A DNA stretch of 63,996 bases, counting the filler, from Octopus bimaculoides (taxonomy: Eukaryota), in the NCBI RefSeq assembly GCF_001194135.2. It is 9 parts of 8 records of this genome, joined end to end, with 100 filler letters (N's around TTAATTAATTAA, not from the genome) between each part and the next. Parts side by side here need not be neighbours in the genome. Positions count along the whole stretch, not along the records: positions 1 to 15,412 come from NC_068991.1; positions 15,513 to 23,645 come from NC_068983.1; positions 23,746 to 25,755 come from NC_068992.1; 6 more parts are not named here. One strand, written 5' to 3'. A program made the position numbers and the translations under genes. Positions 12,325 to 25,196 of the stretch are shown here, piece after piece (positions within the stretch are counted from its first letter, which is position 1; every line of letters starts with the position of its first letter). Under the pieces are notes generated by a model. It was not told the DNA's origin. It was given only the letters and a program-made list of their open reading frames with translations, and searched no databases.

Positions 12325-13435
12325 TTCTTTATTAGCCACACGGGGTCGAACACAGAGGGGACAAAATACAATGTAGAGCTTTTCTTTTCGAAAGAAAAAA
12401 GAAGAAAACAAAAAAGCAGGAAAAATTCCGGTGGAAAGGGATCGTGTAAAAAAAAATCTGATCAAAAGGGATCGTGTATCGCAGAACAGAGTAAAAATGT
12501 AAAAATCAGATTAGGTTTATCCGTGGAAAGAAAAGCCTACGAAAAAGAACACGTAACCCCATGCAGGGAGGGAAAAAACACAGAGCAAAGCTCTACCTCT
12601 CTCTTTTTTGGATTTACAGGATCATGCTCAATGTGGTTTCGTCATTCGCGAGTACCATCTTTGCTACATTCATCCACCTTTTATTGAATCTTTTATGAGA
12701 CAAAACTTGCCTCTCAATTCTCACCTTCCTTTCCAAGTGGTACTTGGAAAAGTTTATGAACGATTGGCCAGAGAGGAAAGTGTTTGTCTCTNNNNNNNNN
12801 NNNNNNNNNNNNNNNNNNNNNNNNNNNNNNNNNNNNNNNNNNNNNNNNNNNNNNNNNNNNNNNNNNNNNNNNNNNNNNNNNNNNNNNNNNNNNNNNNNNN
12901 NNNNNNNNNNNNNNNNNNNNNNNNNNNNNNNNNNNNNNNNNNNNNNNNNNNNNNNNNNNNNNNNNNNNNNNNNNNNNNNNNNNNNNNNNNNNNNNNNNNN
13001 NNNNNNNNNNNNNNNNNNNNNNNNNNNNNNNNNNNNNNNNNNNNNNNNNNNNNNNNNNNNNNNNNNNNNNNNNNNNNNNNNNNNNNNNNNNNNNNNNNNN
13101 NNNNNNNNNNNNNNNNNNNNNNNNNNNNNNNNNNNNNNNNNNNNNNNNNNNNNNNNNNNNNNNNATAGAACACCTTCGTGGAATTGAAGTCGCACAAGTT
13201 TGGTCCCGGACGGCAGAGTTGCTTGAGAGCAAGGCAGCACTCGCGGTGCCATTCGCCTAGCCTCGGTCTCTGTTTGATCCAGGACTGCAGTTCGGCCATA
13301 GAGACGAGCTGCGGAAAAGCGCGCCTGACAAACGGCGACCACATTTTTCACTGTTGTCTATGAAGCATCGTAGATGTCGCAGTCTCAGCGCATGTCTGCA
13401 CATCATCAACCATGGCATGCCCCTCGGTTTTCAAA
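12325..13435 (-). mobile_element. L1/Tx1-clade LINE copy A (RT C-terminal region and 3' UTR; spans an N gap)
   Basis: MPWLMMCRHALRL, WSPFVRRAFPQL, KYHLERKVRIERQVLS...RW; 3' end ...GTGGCTAATAAAGAAA. Confidence 0.82.
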
Positions 13436-13436
13436 C

Positions 13437-15130
13437 TTGTTTCTTTATTGCCCAAACGGGACCAACATAGAGGGGACAACACAGCCTGCTTTAGGGTCAG
13501 ACGCACAAAACAGGTTTTAAAATTTATAATGAAATCAGATAATAATACAAATGATAAAACAATTTACAAAACAAGGTAACAAACATAAAATGGGGCAGGG
13601 GAACAGGTTTTAGCTCCAACCCCACGAGCCCTGTTCCACTACCTGGAGATCTGGGCCAAACTAGACTCCTAGCAACTTAACCGGGTCCTCCGTCCAGCAT
13701 TCCACGACGCTATCCGAAGGTATCGACTTTCCGCTCCAGGTGCCGAGTTGCAAGCCGACCGATTTTTCCCGGTTAATCTTTGCTCCTGCCAACGTCTCGT
13801 AAACCTTAATGGTTTTACCTACCCTCTGTAGGTGTTCCATCTCGGTCACGGTGATGGTGATGTCGTCCGCATATCCTAAAACCGATCCTCCACAATCTGG
13901 CTTCGCCGGGATGCCACTCAACTGTCGCTGTAACGGCTCAAGACACATCACATACAAAAGTAGTGAGAGCGGACATCCTTGGCGAACCGAACGTTTGATA
14001 CAGAACAGCTTTGAGAATAAACAGTTCACTCGTACTGTTTACTCGTGAACTGTTTACTCGTGAACTGTTTACTCGCACAATTGTACGATCCACCTAAGGC
14101 AGCCAAGACCTAGTCCGAAACGCGCGAAAACGGACACTAGGTAATGATCGAATACTTTAGCTTGGTCTAAATGGACCAGTGCCTCACCCTTGCCAGAATC
14201 ACTATCAAACCCTTCTATGGTGTAGAGTAGAGGACGGAGATTATCCTGGATGCTTCTGTCGGGGATAGCACATGTCTGTCCTTCCCAGATCAGACCATCC
14301 GCGACACGCGCCAATCTTTTTGCTAACATCTTGGCCAAGATCTTCAACTCTGCGTTTAGCAGTTCTCTATTCTACCCCCGTGGTCCGGGTCCTTTCTGAC
14401 CAGCGTCGCCACTCCTTGGCGCACAGATCTGGGAATCATCCCATTCTGCTGCTAGTTCGTGTAAACACTAGCCAGTAGGTACCCGAGCAAGTCTGGCATA
14501 CTCATATAACCTGGTCTCTCCTACTTGTATAATTTCTGGAATTGTTTCCAGAGTCAGGGGCTCGGCTTGACTAGTAATTTTAACACCTTGCCCCTGCCGG
14601 TTTCTTTCTTTCATTACCACTGCCTCCAGCAGTGTGATCTTTTCTTCTAGTGTCAATGTTAATGCCGCGACTAGCCACTCTCCATTAACCTCTGGTGGTA
14701 TATTGCTTATATCGATCCTCGAAGTTCTCATCCCCATATATATGGGCAGGAGCACCACTTCATCGATTCTTAATAGGTCTACTGAATGGAGTCTCGCTTT
14801 TCACGCTGACTCCATTCTAACTTCTACCGTTGCATATCTCTTACGTCTTGTGAGGTAAGTTATTTCGTGCCATTAAATATGTTTGAGGCATCTTTCAACT
14901 TCTTCCGCTGAGACGCGGTCAATTTTCTTCTCTTTCACTTTGTAAGTCTTACAGATTATGGCTCTTTTCAACACTTCTTCTGCAATGCTTTTTCACTAAA
15001 TTTCAACGATAACAATTCTTCAACAAGCAACAAAATTCTCACCTCGAACAATTCAACAGTAACACAGCAAAAGGAACCACATAGAAGGACAAATCCAAAC
15101 TATGCGAGTGGAGGAGATTTCGAACAACTC
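13437..15130 (-). mobile_element. L1/Tx1-clade LINE copy B (ORF1 remnant fused to RT, deleted, with 3' UTR)
   Basis: ORF1-like LLPIYMG...WLVAAL; RT LNAELKILAK, LDQAKVFD, RSVRQGCPLS, YADD, KLLGV; 3' end ...GGGCAATAAAGAAA. Confidence 0.88.
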
Positions 15131-15152
15131 TGATCACTAATAAATCGTGCTT

Positions 15153-15412
15153 TATCATCATCATCATCATCGTTCAACGTCCGCTTTCTATGCTAGCATG
15201 GGTTGGACGATTTGACTGAGGACTGGTGAAACCGGATGGCAACACCAGGCTCCAATCTAATTTGGCAGAGTTTCTACAGCTGGATGCCCTTCCTAACGCC
15301 AACCACTCAGAGAGTGTAGTGGGTGCTTTTACGTGTCACCCGCACGAAAACGGCCACGCTCGAAATGGTGTCTTTTATGTGCCACCCGCACAAGCCAGTC
15401 CAGGGGCACTGG
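15153..15412 (-). mobile_element. SINE 3' half ending in (TGA)n (tail R), cut by gap
   Basis: (TCA)n-CGTTCAACGTCCGCTTTCTATGCTAGCATGGG...CTGGATGCCCTTCCTAACGCCAACC; related to the tail of 21590-22005. Confidence 0.75.
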
Positions 15413-16279
15413 NNNNNNNNNNNNNNNNNNNNNNNNNNNNNNNNNNNNNNNNNNNNTTAATTAATTAANNNNNNNNNNNNNNNNNNNNNNNNNNNNNNNN
15501 NNNNNNNNNNNNAGAGAAATTTGAAAAGACAACACGAAACCGGTTATTTCTCAAAATACAATGTTTATATACCAAAAAGATTTTATAACATTTTTCTAAC
15601 ATTTTTCTGACATAATTTAAATATATACTTTAACCATGTAACACAAGTCTTCTGTAGTTTTTTCACTCTTATTATCTTTTATACATCCAACCACGTCCTT
15701 TCACATACCAACTTTCTCACCTATATATATATATATATATATATATGACACAGAGAGAGAAAGATAGATAGATAGATGATAGATAGATAGATAGATACAT
15801 ACATACGCATGTACGTAAGTACTTACATGCATACACATACACTCGTTGAAATCTCGATACATATGATGACAAGGGTCATACTGATGCTGGTTGCAATAAG
15901 GATGATGATAAACAATGATCCTGATATAGATTCCTTTTTATTTCCAAAACTGCTTTTCTAATAGCATATCTCCCCTTTGCCTGATTTAAAACAACATTTT
16001 TAAAGGAATGAAGGCATCTCATCTTAAGGAAACATTGAATCTAATGAAACATTGAATATAAAACTTTAAGCAGATTTATGACTCATCTATATATCTATCT
16101 AAAAATATCTGTCAAAAATCTAGCCAATCATAATGCAACGTTTTTCTTGTTTTTATTTTTCCCTGTTGAGTATATTGTTGTTTTCCAATATTTGTTTATT
16201 TAATAACACTAAGTTATTTTTATTATATTTTATTCAAGTTTTGTTGATATTTTTTCACACTTTCACTCTTTTCCATCTG

Positions 16280-16330
<51 letters not shown>

Positions 16331-17253
16331 NNNNNNNNNNNNNNNNNNNNNNNNNNNNNNNNNNNNNNNNNNNNNNNNNNNNNNNNNNNNNNNNNNNNNN
16401 NNNNNNNNNNNNNNNNNNNNNNNNNNNNNNNNNNNNNNNNNNNNNNNNNNNNNNNNNNNNNNNNNNNNNNNNNNNNNNNNNNNNNNNNNNNNNNNNNNNN
16501 NNNNNNNNNNNNNNNNNNNNNNNNNNNNNNNNNNNNNNNNNNNNNNNNNNNNNNNNNNNNNNNNNNNNNNNNNNNNNNNNNNNNNNNNNNNNNNNNNNNN
16601 NNNNNNNNNNNNNNNNNNNNNNNNNNNNNNNNNNNNNNNNNNNNNNNNNNNNNNNNNNNNNNNNNNNNNNNNNNNNNNNNNNNNNNNNNNNNNNNNNNNN
16701 NNNNNNNNNNNNNNNNNNNNNNNNNNNNNNNNNNNNNNNNNNNNNNNNNNNNNNNNNNNNNNNNNNNNNNNNNNNNNNNNNNNNNNNNNNNNNNNNNNNA
16801 TATATGTGTGTGTGAGTGTGTATGTGTGTGGAGGTGAACCTACCAATGTGTATAGCATTTATGATATACATATATACAATCGTGGAATGCCACTAGTTCT
16901 GTTCCACAAGCTTAAATGTTATGTGCTGCAGTATTTTAATCTAATATTCCAAGTGTGTATATTCATTATATATACTTATATAGATATACGTGCATACATA
17001 TATAGATATGTATGCACATATCTATATATACATACATATGTATATGTACATGCAAATTCGGTAAAAAATATACGTACGTATATGTACATACATATGTATA
17101 TAATATACATATGTACATATGTATATATATATATATATATGTTTGTGTGTGTGTGTGTGTGTGTGTGTTTGCATATATACATATATATAGATGTGTATAT
17201 CTAAAGATATACATATACATACACATGCACATATATAAAATTATATGTATATA

Positions 17254-17822
17254 CGAGGGATACCCAAAAGTTACCGGAAACTGTCTCCGTGGGACAAACC
17301 CGTTGTAATTCAGGCTTCCACCGTTAGAAGCCACTTGATGCCGCCCTCAGTCATCAGTCTGCCGACCGGTGTCGTCCGTTCTGGTCATATTGCCACGTAG
17401 TATGTCTTTGCTTTGTAGTTCTTCTTCCCTGTTCGTCGACTTTTGCCATGGCTGAAACGAAGCAATAGCGTGCTTCCGTGAAATGCTGTTTTCTGCTGGG
17501 GAAACGGCGGCCGAAACAGTTGTAATACTTCAAACAGTTTACAAGGACACTTCCATGAGCAAGACACAAATTTACGAGTGGTTTTCACGCTTTAGGAATG
17601 GTCACTTGACGCTTGAAGACCAGCCTTGTTCAGGTCGACCGTCGACCTCCTGAATGAAAATATCACGAAAACGCATGAACTGATCTTGAAAGACCGTCGC
17701 CAAACATTTGACGAACTTGTTGATATGACGGTGTATCCTGGAGCTTCTGTCAACGAACTTTGAGCGAGGAATTGCGAATAAAAAGAGTTGCAGCAAATTT
17801 TGTACCTCGCTTGCTCACGGAA
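17254..17822 (+). mobile_element. Mariner transposon 5' half (TIR and HTH region)
   Basis: TA then CGAGGGATACCCAAAAGTTACCGG; from ATG 17448: MAETKQ*RASVKCCFLLGK...YEWFSRF...EDQPCSGRPS...RVAANFVPRLLTE. Confidence 0.9.
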
Positions 17823-19090
17823 GTTTGGTTGTTTCTTGTCTGCACATGCATCTGTATGTTCACTGAGTATTGTGGATCTGTATTCTTGTATTTCAATTTA
17901 AAATCTATACTATATTGTGTGGACGGGAGATATTTCCCGCCTAACCAATGTAATGTTCTTCATATCCTGAACGCGTTAAAGCATAGATTAGGTTTGCAGA
18001 TGCATATGTGAAGTTATTTTTTTATTGTGAAGAGTTGTCCTTGTTGGAAATGGATTTCTAATCCTCCTCTCAGGTTAAAGCATGTACTACAATTGTACCT
18101 TCCGCATTCTTTAGTGTTGGTTTTGTTCGCGGTTTCGATTCCCAGACTGGGCTTTGTGAGTGTTTATTGAGTGAAAACACCTAAAGTTCCACAAGACTCC
18201 GGCAGGGGGCGGTGGCGAACTCTGCTGTACTCTTTCACCATAACTTCCTCTTACTCTTTCTTCCTGTTTCTGTTGTACCTGTATTTTAAAGGGCCAGCCT
18301 TGTCACACTCTGTGTCACGCTGAATCTCTCCGAGAACTACGTTAAGTGTACACGTGTCTGTGGAATGCTCAGCTACTTGCACGTTAATTTCACGAGCAAG
18401 CTGTTCCATTGATCGGATCAACTGGAACCCTCGTCGTCGTAACCGACGGAGTGCCAACCAGTGTTGATTTTGTTATATCAAGTTTGGTCTTTAGTATATT
18501 TTCGTTAATTTGGATTGTCTTTTATTCTTTATTATGGTATGCGTTTGGAGGATTTGGTTTTGTCTGGAATGTTTTCTCAGTAATGGTATGTTTTGAATAA
18601 GAAGTTGTGAGCCTCATTGTTTGGGGGGTTGTAGATGGAGATATATGGTAGGACATTCAATTCCGATTTATTTATTCATGTTGTCTGTCTTTGTTCATGA
18701 ATACTGAATTTCTTGGCTCTTGTATTCCATTATCAATTAAGGATGGTAAGTTATTCCTGTCAAGGAATGTATCCGTCAGTTCTTGAAGTCTCGTGTCATG
18801 GATGTTTGTATCGGATACTATTGCACAAATCATTTTAGCTATGCTATAAGTGTTTTCTTTATTTTGTTTGGCATAACGTAATTTCTAGGTAGCCCAAAAC
18901 TAGATTCGCAAAGGAGGGGGTTGTTTTAGTCCTCATTACAGCCCCAGATTTTCGTCGAAAAATGTTGTCATTGAATATAAAGTAATTATTTTCTAGAATA
19001 ATTTTTAGTCTTATTATAAATTCTATTTTTATGCAATGGAGCAGTTCACCTGTATAATTATCCAACCAAAGTTTATTGGCTGTCGAAACA
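17823..19090 (-). mobile_element. Penelope-like element (RT and GIY-YIG), internally deleted, interrupted by a SINE
   Basis: IILENNYFIFND...TTPSFANLVLGYLE; RT C-terminal IVSD...RLQEL; CGRYNCSTC...NLIYAL...YIG GIY-YIG at 17825-18125. Confidence 0.88.
18128..18459 (+). mobile_element. SINE family N, head type 2, with 15-bp TSD
   Basis: TSD AGTGTTGGTTTTGTT (18113-18127) / AGTGTTGATTTTGTT (18460-18474); GGTTTCGATTCCC B-box-like start; 3' half shared with 1632-1800. Confidence 0.88.
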
Positions 19091-19214
19091 AGAAGCTGCT
19101 TAGCTAAAAATATAAATAGTCTTGCTTTTTTCTATGATAAAGTTTTCAAATAATTCTCTTCTTTTTAGTTTTAGTTTTCAATATAAATACTTTCGTGCAA
19201 AATCTCTTAACCTT

Positions 19215-19500
19215 ATACATACATTCATACATACATTCATACATACATACATACATACATACGTACATACATACATACATACATACATACTCACACATAC
19301 ATATATATGCATATATTTACACATATATATATATAAATATATATGTATTATATGTGTATATATATATGCATATACACACATACATACATACATACATACA
19401 TACATACATACATACATACACACATGCATACACAATACATACATGCATACACACACATACACACATACACATTCACGCATACACACATACATATATACAC
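19215..19500. repeat. (TACA)n/(TA)n compound microsatellite
   Basis: Direct reading. Confidence 0.95.
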
Positions 19501-19599
19501 AGGTGTATTTCCTATCCTGCAAGCAGTTGCCTCTTTATCTCTCTCTGTGAACATTCATACCGAATGAGCAGGGAATCCTCTATAATCAGTCTTGAATGG

Positions 19600-19795
19600 G
19601 TAATCGTGCAAAAGTTACTCCTTACCTATACCTAGGATGCATGCCAATGACTGACTGTTCTTCCGAAAACCATAAGATACTCCAGTCTTCCACAATAATT
19701 GATTACAAAGCTCAGGTAAAACTCACAATGGAGTATTGCTTTCAAATCTGGGATGGAGATGCTGCAGAAAACACAAACATCTCACAAAAGTGCTA
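19600..19795 (+). mobile_element. CR1/Jockey-superfamily LINE RT scrap
   Basis: YKAQVKLTMEYCFQIWDG, related to LYKAQLRPTMNYC in 20340-21060. Confidence 0.6.
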
Positions 19796-20149
19796 ACCAT
19801 CTGATTTGTATAAAATCAATCTCAAGTATGATCCAATCGCCATCACCAATTACAGTTACTATCATCACCTTCACTATCGCCGCTATCACCATCGCCACTA
19901 CTGTAACAATCACCATCATTACCACTACCAGCACACCAGCAACAGCACCAACACCACCGCAACAAAGACAACAGCAGTATTTACCATAATCGTCATCACC
20001 ATCACCATCGCTACCAACACAGTTACCAGAAGTCCACTAGTGCCATAGCTGAGCTATTTCCCTAGAGCCTATGAAGTTCTTGTAGGTCAGTGACGTTGAT
20101 GCCATTCACTTCGCTAGGTGATTATGGAAATTTGAGATGCCCTAATTTT

Positions 20150-20245
20150 AAAGCTTAGAGGAATTCCCAACCATTTTTAGAAGCGTCTGTTAATTTATCT
20201 CTCTACTTCTATACTTGTCATAGGAACCTCATACAGTCGACAACG
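20150..20245 (-). mobile_element. R2/Hero-like LINE RT scrap
   Basis: RLYEVPMTSIEVER*INRRF*KWLGIPLS resembles the YEVP..T.VE..ER.I...LR.WLG.P motif. Confidence 0.5.
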
Positions 20246-20339
20246 AAAGTGGCTCATGTCCATTGCCTCAGAAATTGTCCAAATCTCTAGGGCCATACTT
20301 TAATTTGAATTCAACTTGACAGGTCTATAGGAAAGGTCA

Positions 20340-21060
20340 CTGTGACTGTGGCTATTAATATTCCTCTTGAATAATTGCTTCGTAATTCTTACAAGAGAAA
20401 TATGAACAGAGAAACGATTGCAGAGAGCCAAGAAAGCCAACATTCTGGGAAGGAAGAACTGAGCATAGTGTGGGACCTTGCATAGTTAAACAAAGAAGAA
20501 TCTTTAAAGAAAGAGATGCGAGTGAGACTGAAGTACCTATATCGAAGGGAAATGAGTCCAACCAGCTCCGAGGAACTGAGGCCACTACGATATTAATGGA
20601 GAAGACAGAGATCCACGTGAGTGATTTTACGTCAGTGAATGATTTCCGTCAGTCAATCAGATAGTCCTTTTCTGTATGTAGTCTAGGATCCCTGTGTGTT
20701 CAGCAGAACTGTCACAGATGTGAAGGCAATAGTTCATGGTTGGTCTCAGCTGGGCTTTGTAGAGGATTGGTAAATTTTGAAAACTGGAGTGTCTTTTGAC
20801 TTTGAAAAGAGTTAACCGTTGGGATGCGGTCGAAGCTGTGTCAAGGATGTATTTTTGTCTGAATAAATCTTCTGTGAAAATGAAGTCCAACTTTCGGAGC
20901 AATTGTGAGGGCTTCACCGACACAAGAGATTACAGACGGGTAGAGCCCGTACGAGAATAATTTCGATAGTAAATTTGCATGCCAAGCACGGTCGAAAGCT
21001 TTGCTGATGTCGAAGACAACAATATTACTTTAACTAAATTTCTCCAATGCGACAGTACAT
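20340..21060 (-). mobile_element. CR1/Jockey-superfamily LINE RT fragment with internal deletion
   Basis: VVFDISKAFDRAWHANLLSKLFSYG joined to ASTASQRL...LYKAQLRPTMNYC...LDYIQKR. Confidence 0.85.
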
Positions 21061-21589
21061 AGTAAGCGACACAGGAGACACACAAACCTGAAGTAGAAGT
21101 GCAGCGGAGAATTTATGCTGTTGGTGAGGTTTCGAATGTCGATGAAAGGACTTTGACAAACCCAGTTGATTGTTTGGCCGACAGAAAGATTAATCAAACA
21201 ATCAATCAGGTAATTAGTTAAATGGTAGACCAATAAACAAATAAAGAAGTGAAATAGATCCAGTGCAGGTATGTATTATTGGCATAATAACCTTCCCGAG
21301 ATACAACAGTAAATGTATTTATGTATATTATCTGTTAATTGTCCATCAGTCAGAAAAATAAGCATACTCGATACAGTATAGAGCGGGAATACTTTTATAT
21401 CGTCAATTAATATACTACTGGCTATGGCATATAACTGGTCGGAGTGTTAGTATCGGTTCCACTCCGAATATCGCCACTAGACAATACTGACAACTCTTCA
21501 AACGTGCTTGCCGGAAGAGCATAGTTTCTTTTATAAGAGTCTAGAATGATTTAATGGTGACAAAAGTTTGAACAGGAAGCATTGAAAAT

Positions 21590-22005
21590 ACCATTGCGGT
21601 ATAGTTAAGAAGATTGCTTTTCAACCTTATGGTCTCATTGCGTGGTACCTTGGGTAAGTGTCTTCTACTATAGCCCCAGACCGTCTTATGCCTTTAAATT
21701 TGGAAGATGGAATCTGAAAGAAGCCGTCGTATATATGTATGTGTGTGTGTGTGTGTGTGAATGTGTTTGTGTGAGCGCATTACTGTTTCCTTGTCTTAAC
21801 ATTCCGTGATAGTTGTAAACGAGTGTAACCGCTGTGAAAGCGGTACCCAGTGTTGTCTTATGTGACAAGTCTTGCCATTGAGAAAACAGTAACTTACTCA
21901 GAAACAGGTGAGGGTTAGTGACTGGACGGGTAAACGTCCCAACGAATTCCATCTGATCCATACGAACTGGGAAAAGTGGATGTCAAAACGATGACGATAA
22001 TGATA
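21590..22005 (+). mobile_element. SINE: family C head with tail R
   Basis: GTACCTTGGGTAAGTGTCTTCTACTATAGCC head; tail ...CAGGTGAGGGTTAGTGAC...GGAAAAGTGGATGTCAAAACGATGACGAT. Confidence 0.78.
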
Positions 22006-22863
22006 TGTGTGTTCGTGTATGCGTCTTTGTGTGTGCATGTATATATTTATACACAAACACACATACAAACGTTTGTGTATGCATATGTATGTATGTATGC
22101 ATGTGGAGATATAAAGATATGCATATGTATATGTATGTACGTATTTATGTAAGCATGTATCTATTTAATTTGAAAATATGTACTATGTGTATGCATGCAC
22201 TTGTACACGTATGCATAAATACATCACCATCTAAAAAAAGAATTAACTAGCACCAACACCAACACCACCACAATCACAATAAAAGAAATACAATTTTATA
22301 GAATCTTATATGATCTAAAATATATCGTAAAATTTTTAAATAAGAACTTATTGATTCAAAAACTATGAATTGTCTTAGAGGTGGTAAAAAACCCCTCTAG
22401 ATTTATTTATAGAATACAATTGACGTTATTTGATGTTCAATTAAATCATAGCAAAAAACATAGTGTTGTAGTTTGTGTTTGTATTTTTCATTGTTGCTTT
22501 TGTTGAATTATTATTATTTGTTGTTGTTGCTGCTGCTTATATCAAAGAGAAGCCCACTATTATATGCAATGTGTATATTTTTGTAGGAAAAACTTACCTA
22601 CTATACCTGTCCAGACAGACACACGAAAACACTTAGCAAGACATATGCACACACGCACCGTCCCCCACACGCACACACATACACACACATGCAAACATAC
22701 ATACTTCTCTGTTTACTTTTTAAAACGAAATTACCAAAACAGAAAATAACAAACAATACATACATATATGCGTGTAAGAGTGTATGTGTATGCATAGTAT
22801 TCATGTCACATATACATATTACACACAAACACACACATATACATATATATATGCATATATATG

Positions 22864-22896
<33 letters not shown>

Positions 22897-23366
22897 ACAT
22901 AGTGAGGGATATATATATGAGTGCGTGCACTTACATAAATAGCTATGTGCGCATATAGGTGTTTATCTCTGTATGTGTGGCAGTGGGGTTGCATGACTCA
23001 CAGAAATGGGAACATGAACATGTAAATATACATTTTATTTAGTTATAAATGGAAGCAATACACCTTTTTATACACTTGTTTACATTTTCTCTTTCACATT
23101 CATACATACATGGATTCATGTTCATCTACACACTACTATATGTGTTTCTGTGATACGTGTATCTATATGTGACGTGTGTGTTGGTGCTTCCGTCTAAGTG
23201 TGAATATAATATGCACAGATGTGTAGTGGGGATGTTCTGTATGTGAAAGCAGCTGGTTAGGTTTTGTGAATATTTATTTTGCTATGAATATACTTATTCT
23301 TTATGGATTAAAGATCTTGCTTTCACTTTCAACATACTTCTTTTCTTCGTCATATATCTGTGCATA

Positions 23367-23421
<55 letters not shown>

Positions 23422-23595
23422 ACATGTAGGTATGTGGCCTTGTGTTTGTGTATGGGCGTGTGTATGTATATATCATGTATATATATATATATGTATATTA
23501 TATGTGTGTGTTTATATATACATATATATATAACATACTATACTTACATTTATATATATATATAAATGTATAATTATTATATATATATAAATATC

Positions 23596-23645
<50 letters not shown>

Positions 23646-23957
23646 NNNNNNNNNNNNNNNNNNNNNNNNNNNNNNNNNNNNNNNNNNNNTTAATTAATTA
23701 ANNNNNNNNNNNNNNNNNNNNNNNNNNNNNNNNNNNNNNNNNNNNACGTATATGTATACATATATATATGTGCTTGTGTAATGTGTGTGTATATGAGTAT
23801 TGGTCTGTCTATGTATGTATTTTATATTTAGCTGGGTGGTGTGTGTATATGTGTGTGTCACTCTGTGAATGCTTGTAGCGTTATAGTTGTCTGCGTGGTG
23901 TGTGTGGGTGTGTGTATGTGTGTGTGCATACGTATGTGTTTGTGGGGGATGCATATA

Positions 23958-24198
23958 ATCTTTTAATCTTTTAATTGTTTCAGTCCCCTGACTGCGGCCA
24001 TGCTGGAGCACCGCTTTTAGTCGAGCAAATCGACCCCGGGACTTATTCTTTGTAAGCCTAGTACTTATTCTATCGGTCTCTTTTTGCCGAACCACTAAGT
24101 TACAGGGATGTAAACACACCAGCATCAGTTGTCAAGCGAAGTTGGGGGGGGGGACAATCACAAACACACGAACATATATACACACACANNNNNNNNNN

Positions 24199-24232
<34 letters not shown>

Positions 24233-24397
24233 GACGGGCTTCTTTCAGTTTCCGTCTACCAAAAACACTCACAAGGCTTTGGTCGGCCCGAAGCTATAGT
24301 AGAAGACACTTGCCCAAGGTGCCACGCAGTGGGACTGAACCCAGAACCATGTGGTTGGTAAGAAGGCTACTTACCACACAGCCACTCCTGCGCCTAT
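23958..24397 (-). mobile_element. Full-length CORE-like SINE family C
   Basis: Head ATAGGCGCAGGAGTGGCTGTGTGGTAAG...GGGTTCAGTCCC (A/B box-like), CORE-like GCACCTTGGGCAAGTGTC, tail GCATGGCCGCAGTC...AAAAGA. Confidence 0.92.
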
Positions 24398-25196
24398 GTT
24401 TACTTCTCCTTGCCATTGTTAAAATTGAAAGTATTTTATTCTATTTCTTAGTTGCATTCTCTTGATTCTCTGAATAATTATGGGCGCCCGTCTGATTTTT
24501 CTATGTTGGTTCATATAATTCTAGATTGATCTTACTCGGGATTTCTTCAGTTTCCAAGTCAGAGAGATGTTTATTATTTCTCATAATCAATTCCTGGCTT
24601 ACTAGCTGTTGTTAACTGAGTTTAAATACTCACATATCATTACAAATGTCCAGTATTCAATCTGCAAATCCTCACTTCTTTGGATTAACTCTCAGTTAAC
24701 ATTCCATTGATAATAAGCTGGCATCTAATTTATACAAGAGATGCAGGGAGATATTTGAGTCGGTGACGGAGTGACGCAAAGCACCTCTGGGGCGGGAGAT
24801 CTTTATCAGAAACTCCAGGCTCATTCACATCTATTTTCCCTAAATTTAAATATAACTAATACAAGCAGATAACCAAAAGTATACACATCCTCACACGGAA
24901 ATATATATACACAAAAACATATGGAAACACATACGCATACACACGTACACAGGTAATATGCTTATATATATGTATTCATTCACACATAGTTACTTACATC
25001 AAGCATATATATACACAAGGAGAAAAGCTGATCATGGTTGTATTTTGTTATGATTAAATTGCTCTGAAAAGACGCCGCTGTTGCTATTTACCATAGAAGC
25101 GGCATTCTTTAAACGCCGACGAAAGATATGTTCCTGCTATAAACGGAAATTGTAAAATAACACAAGTGAAAGCTTCGAAAATATTCGAGAAGAAAT

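Noticed and set aside
23958-24397. tRNA-like A/B boxes in SINE heads
   Set aside because: No cloverleaf could be folded; these are SINE promoters, not tRNA genes.
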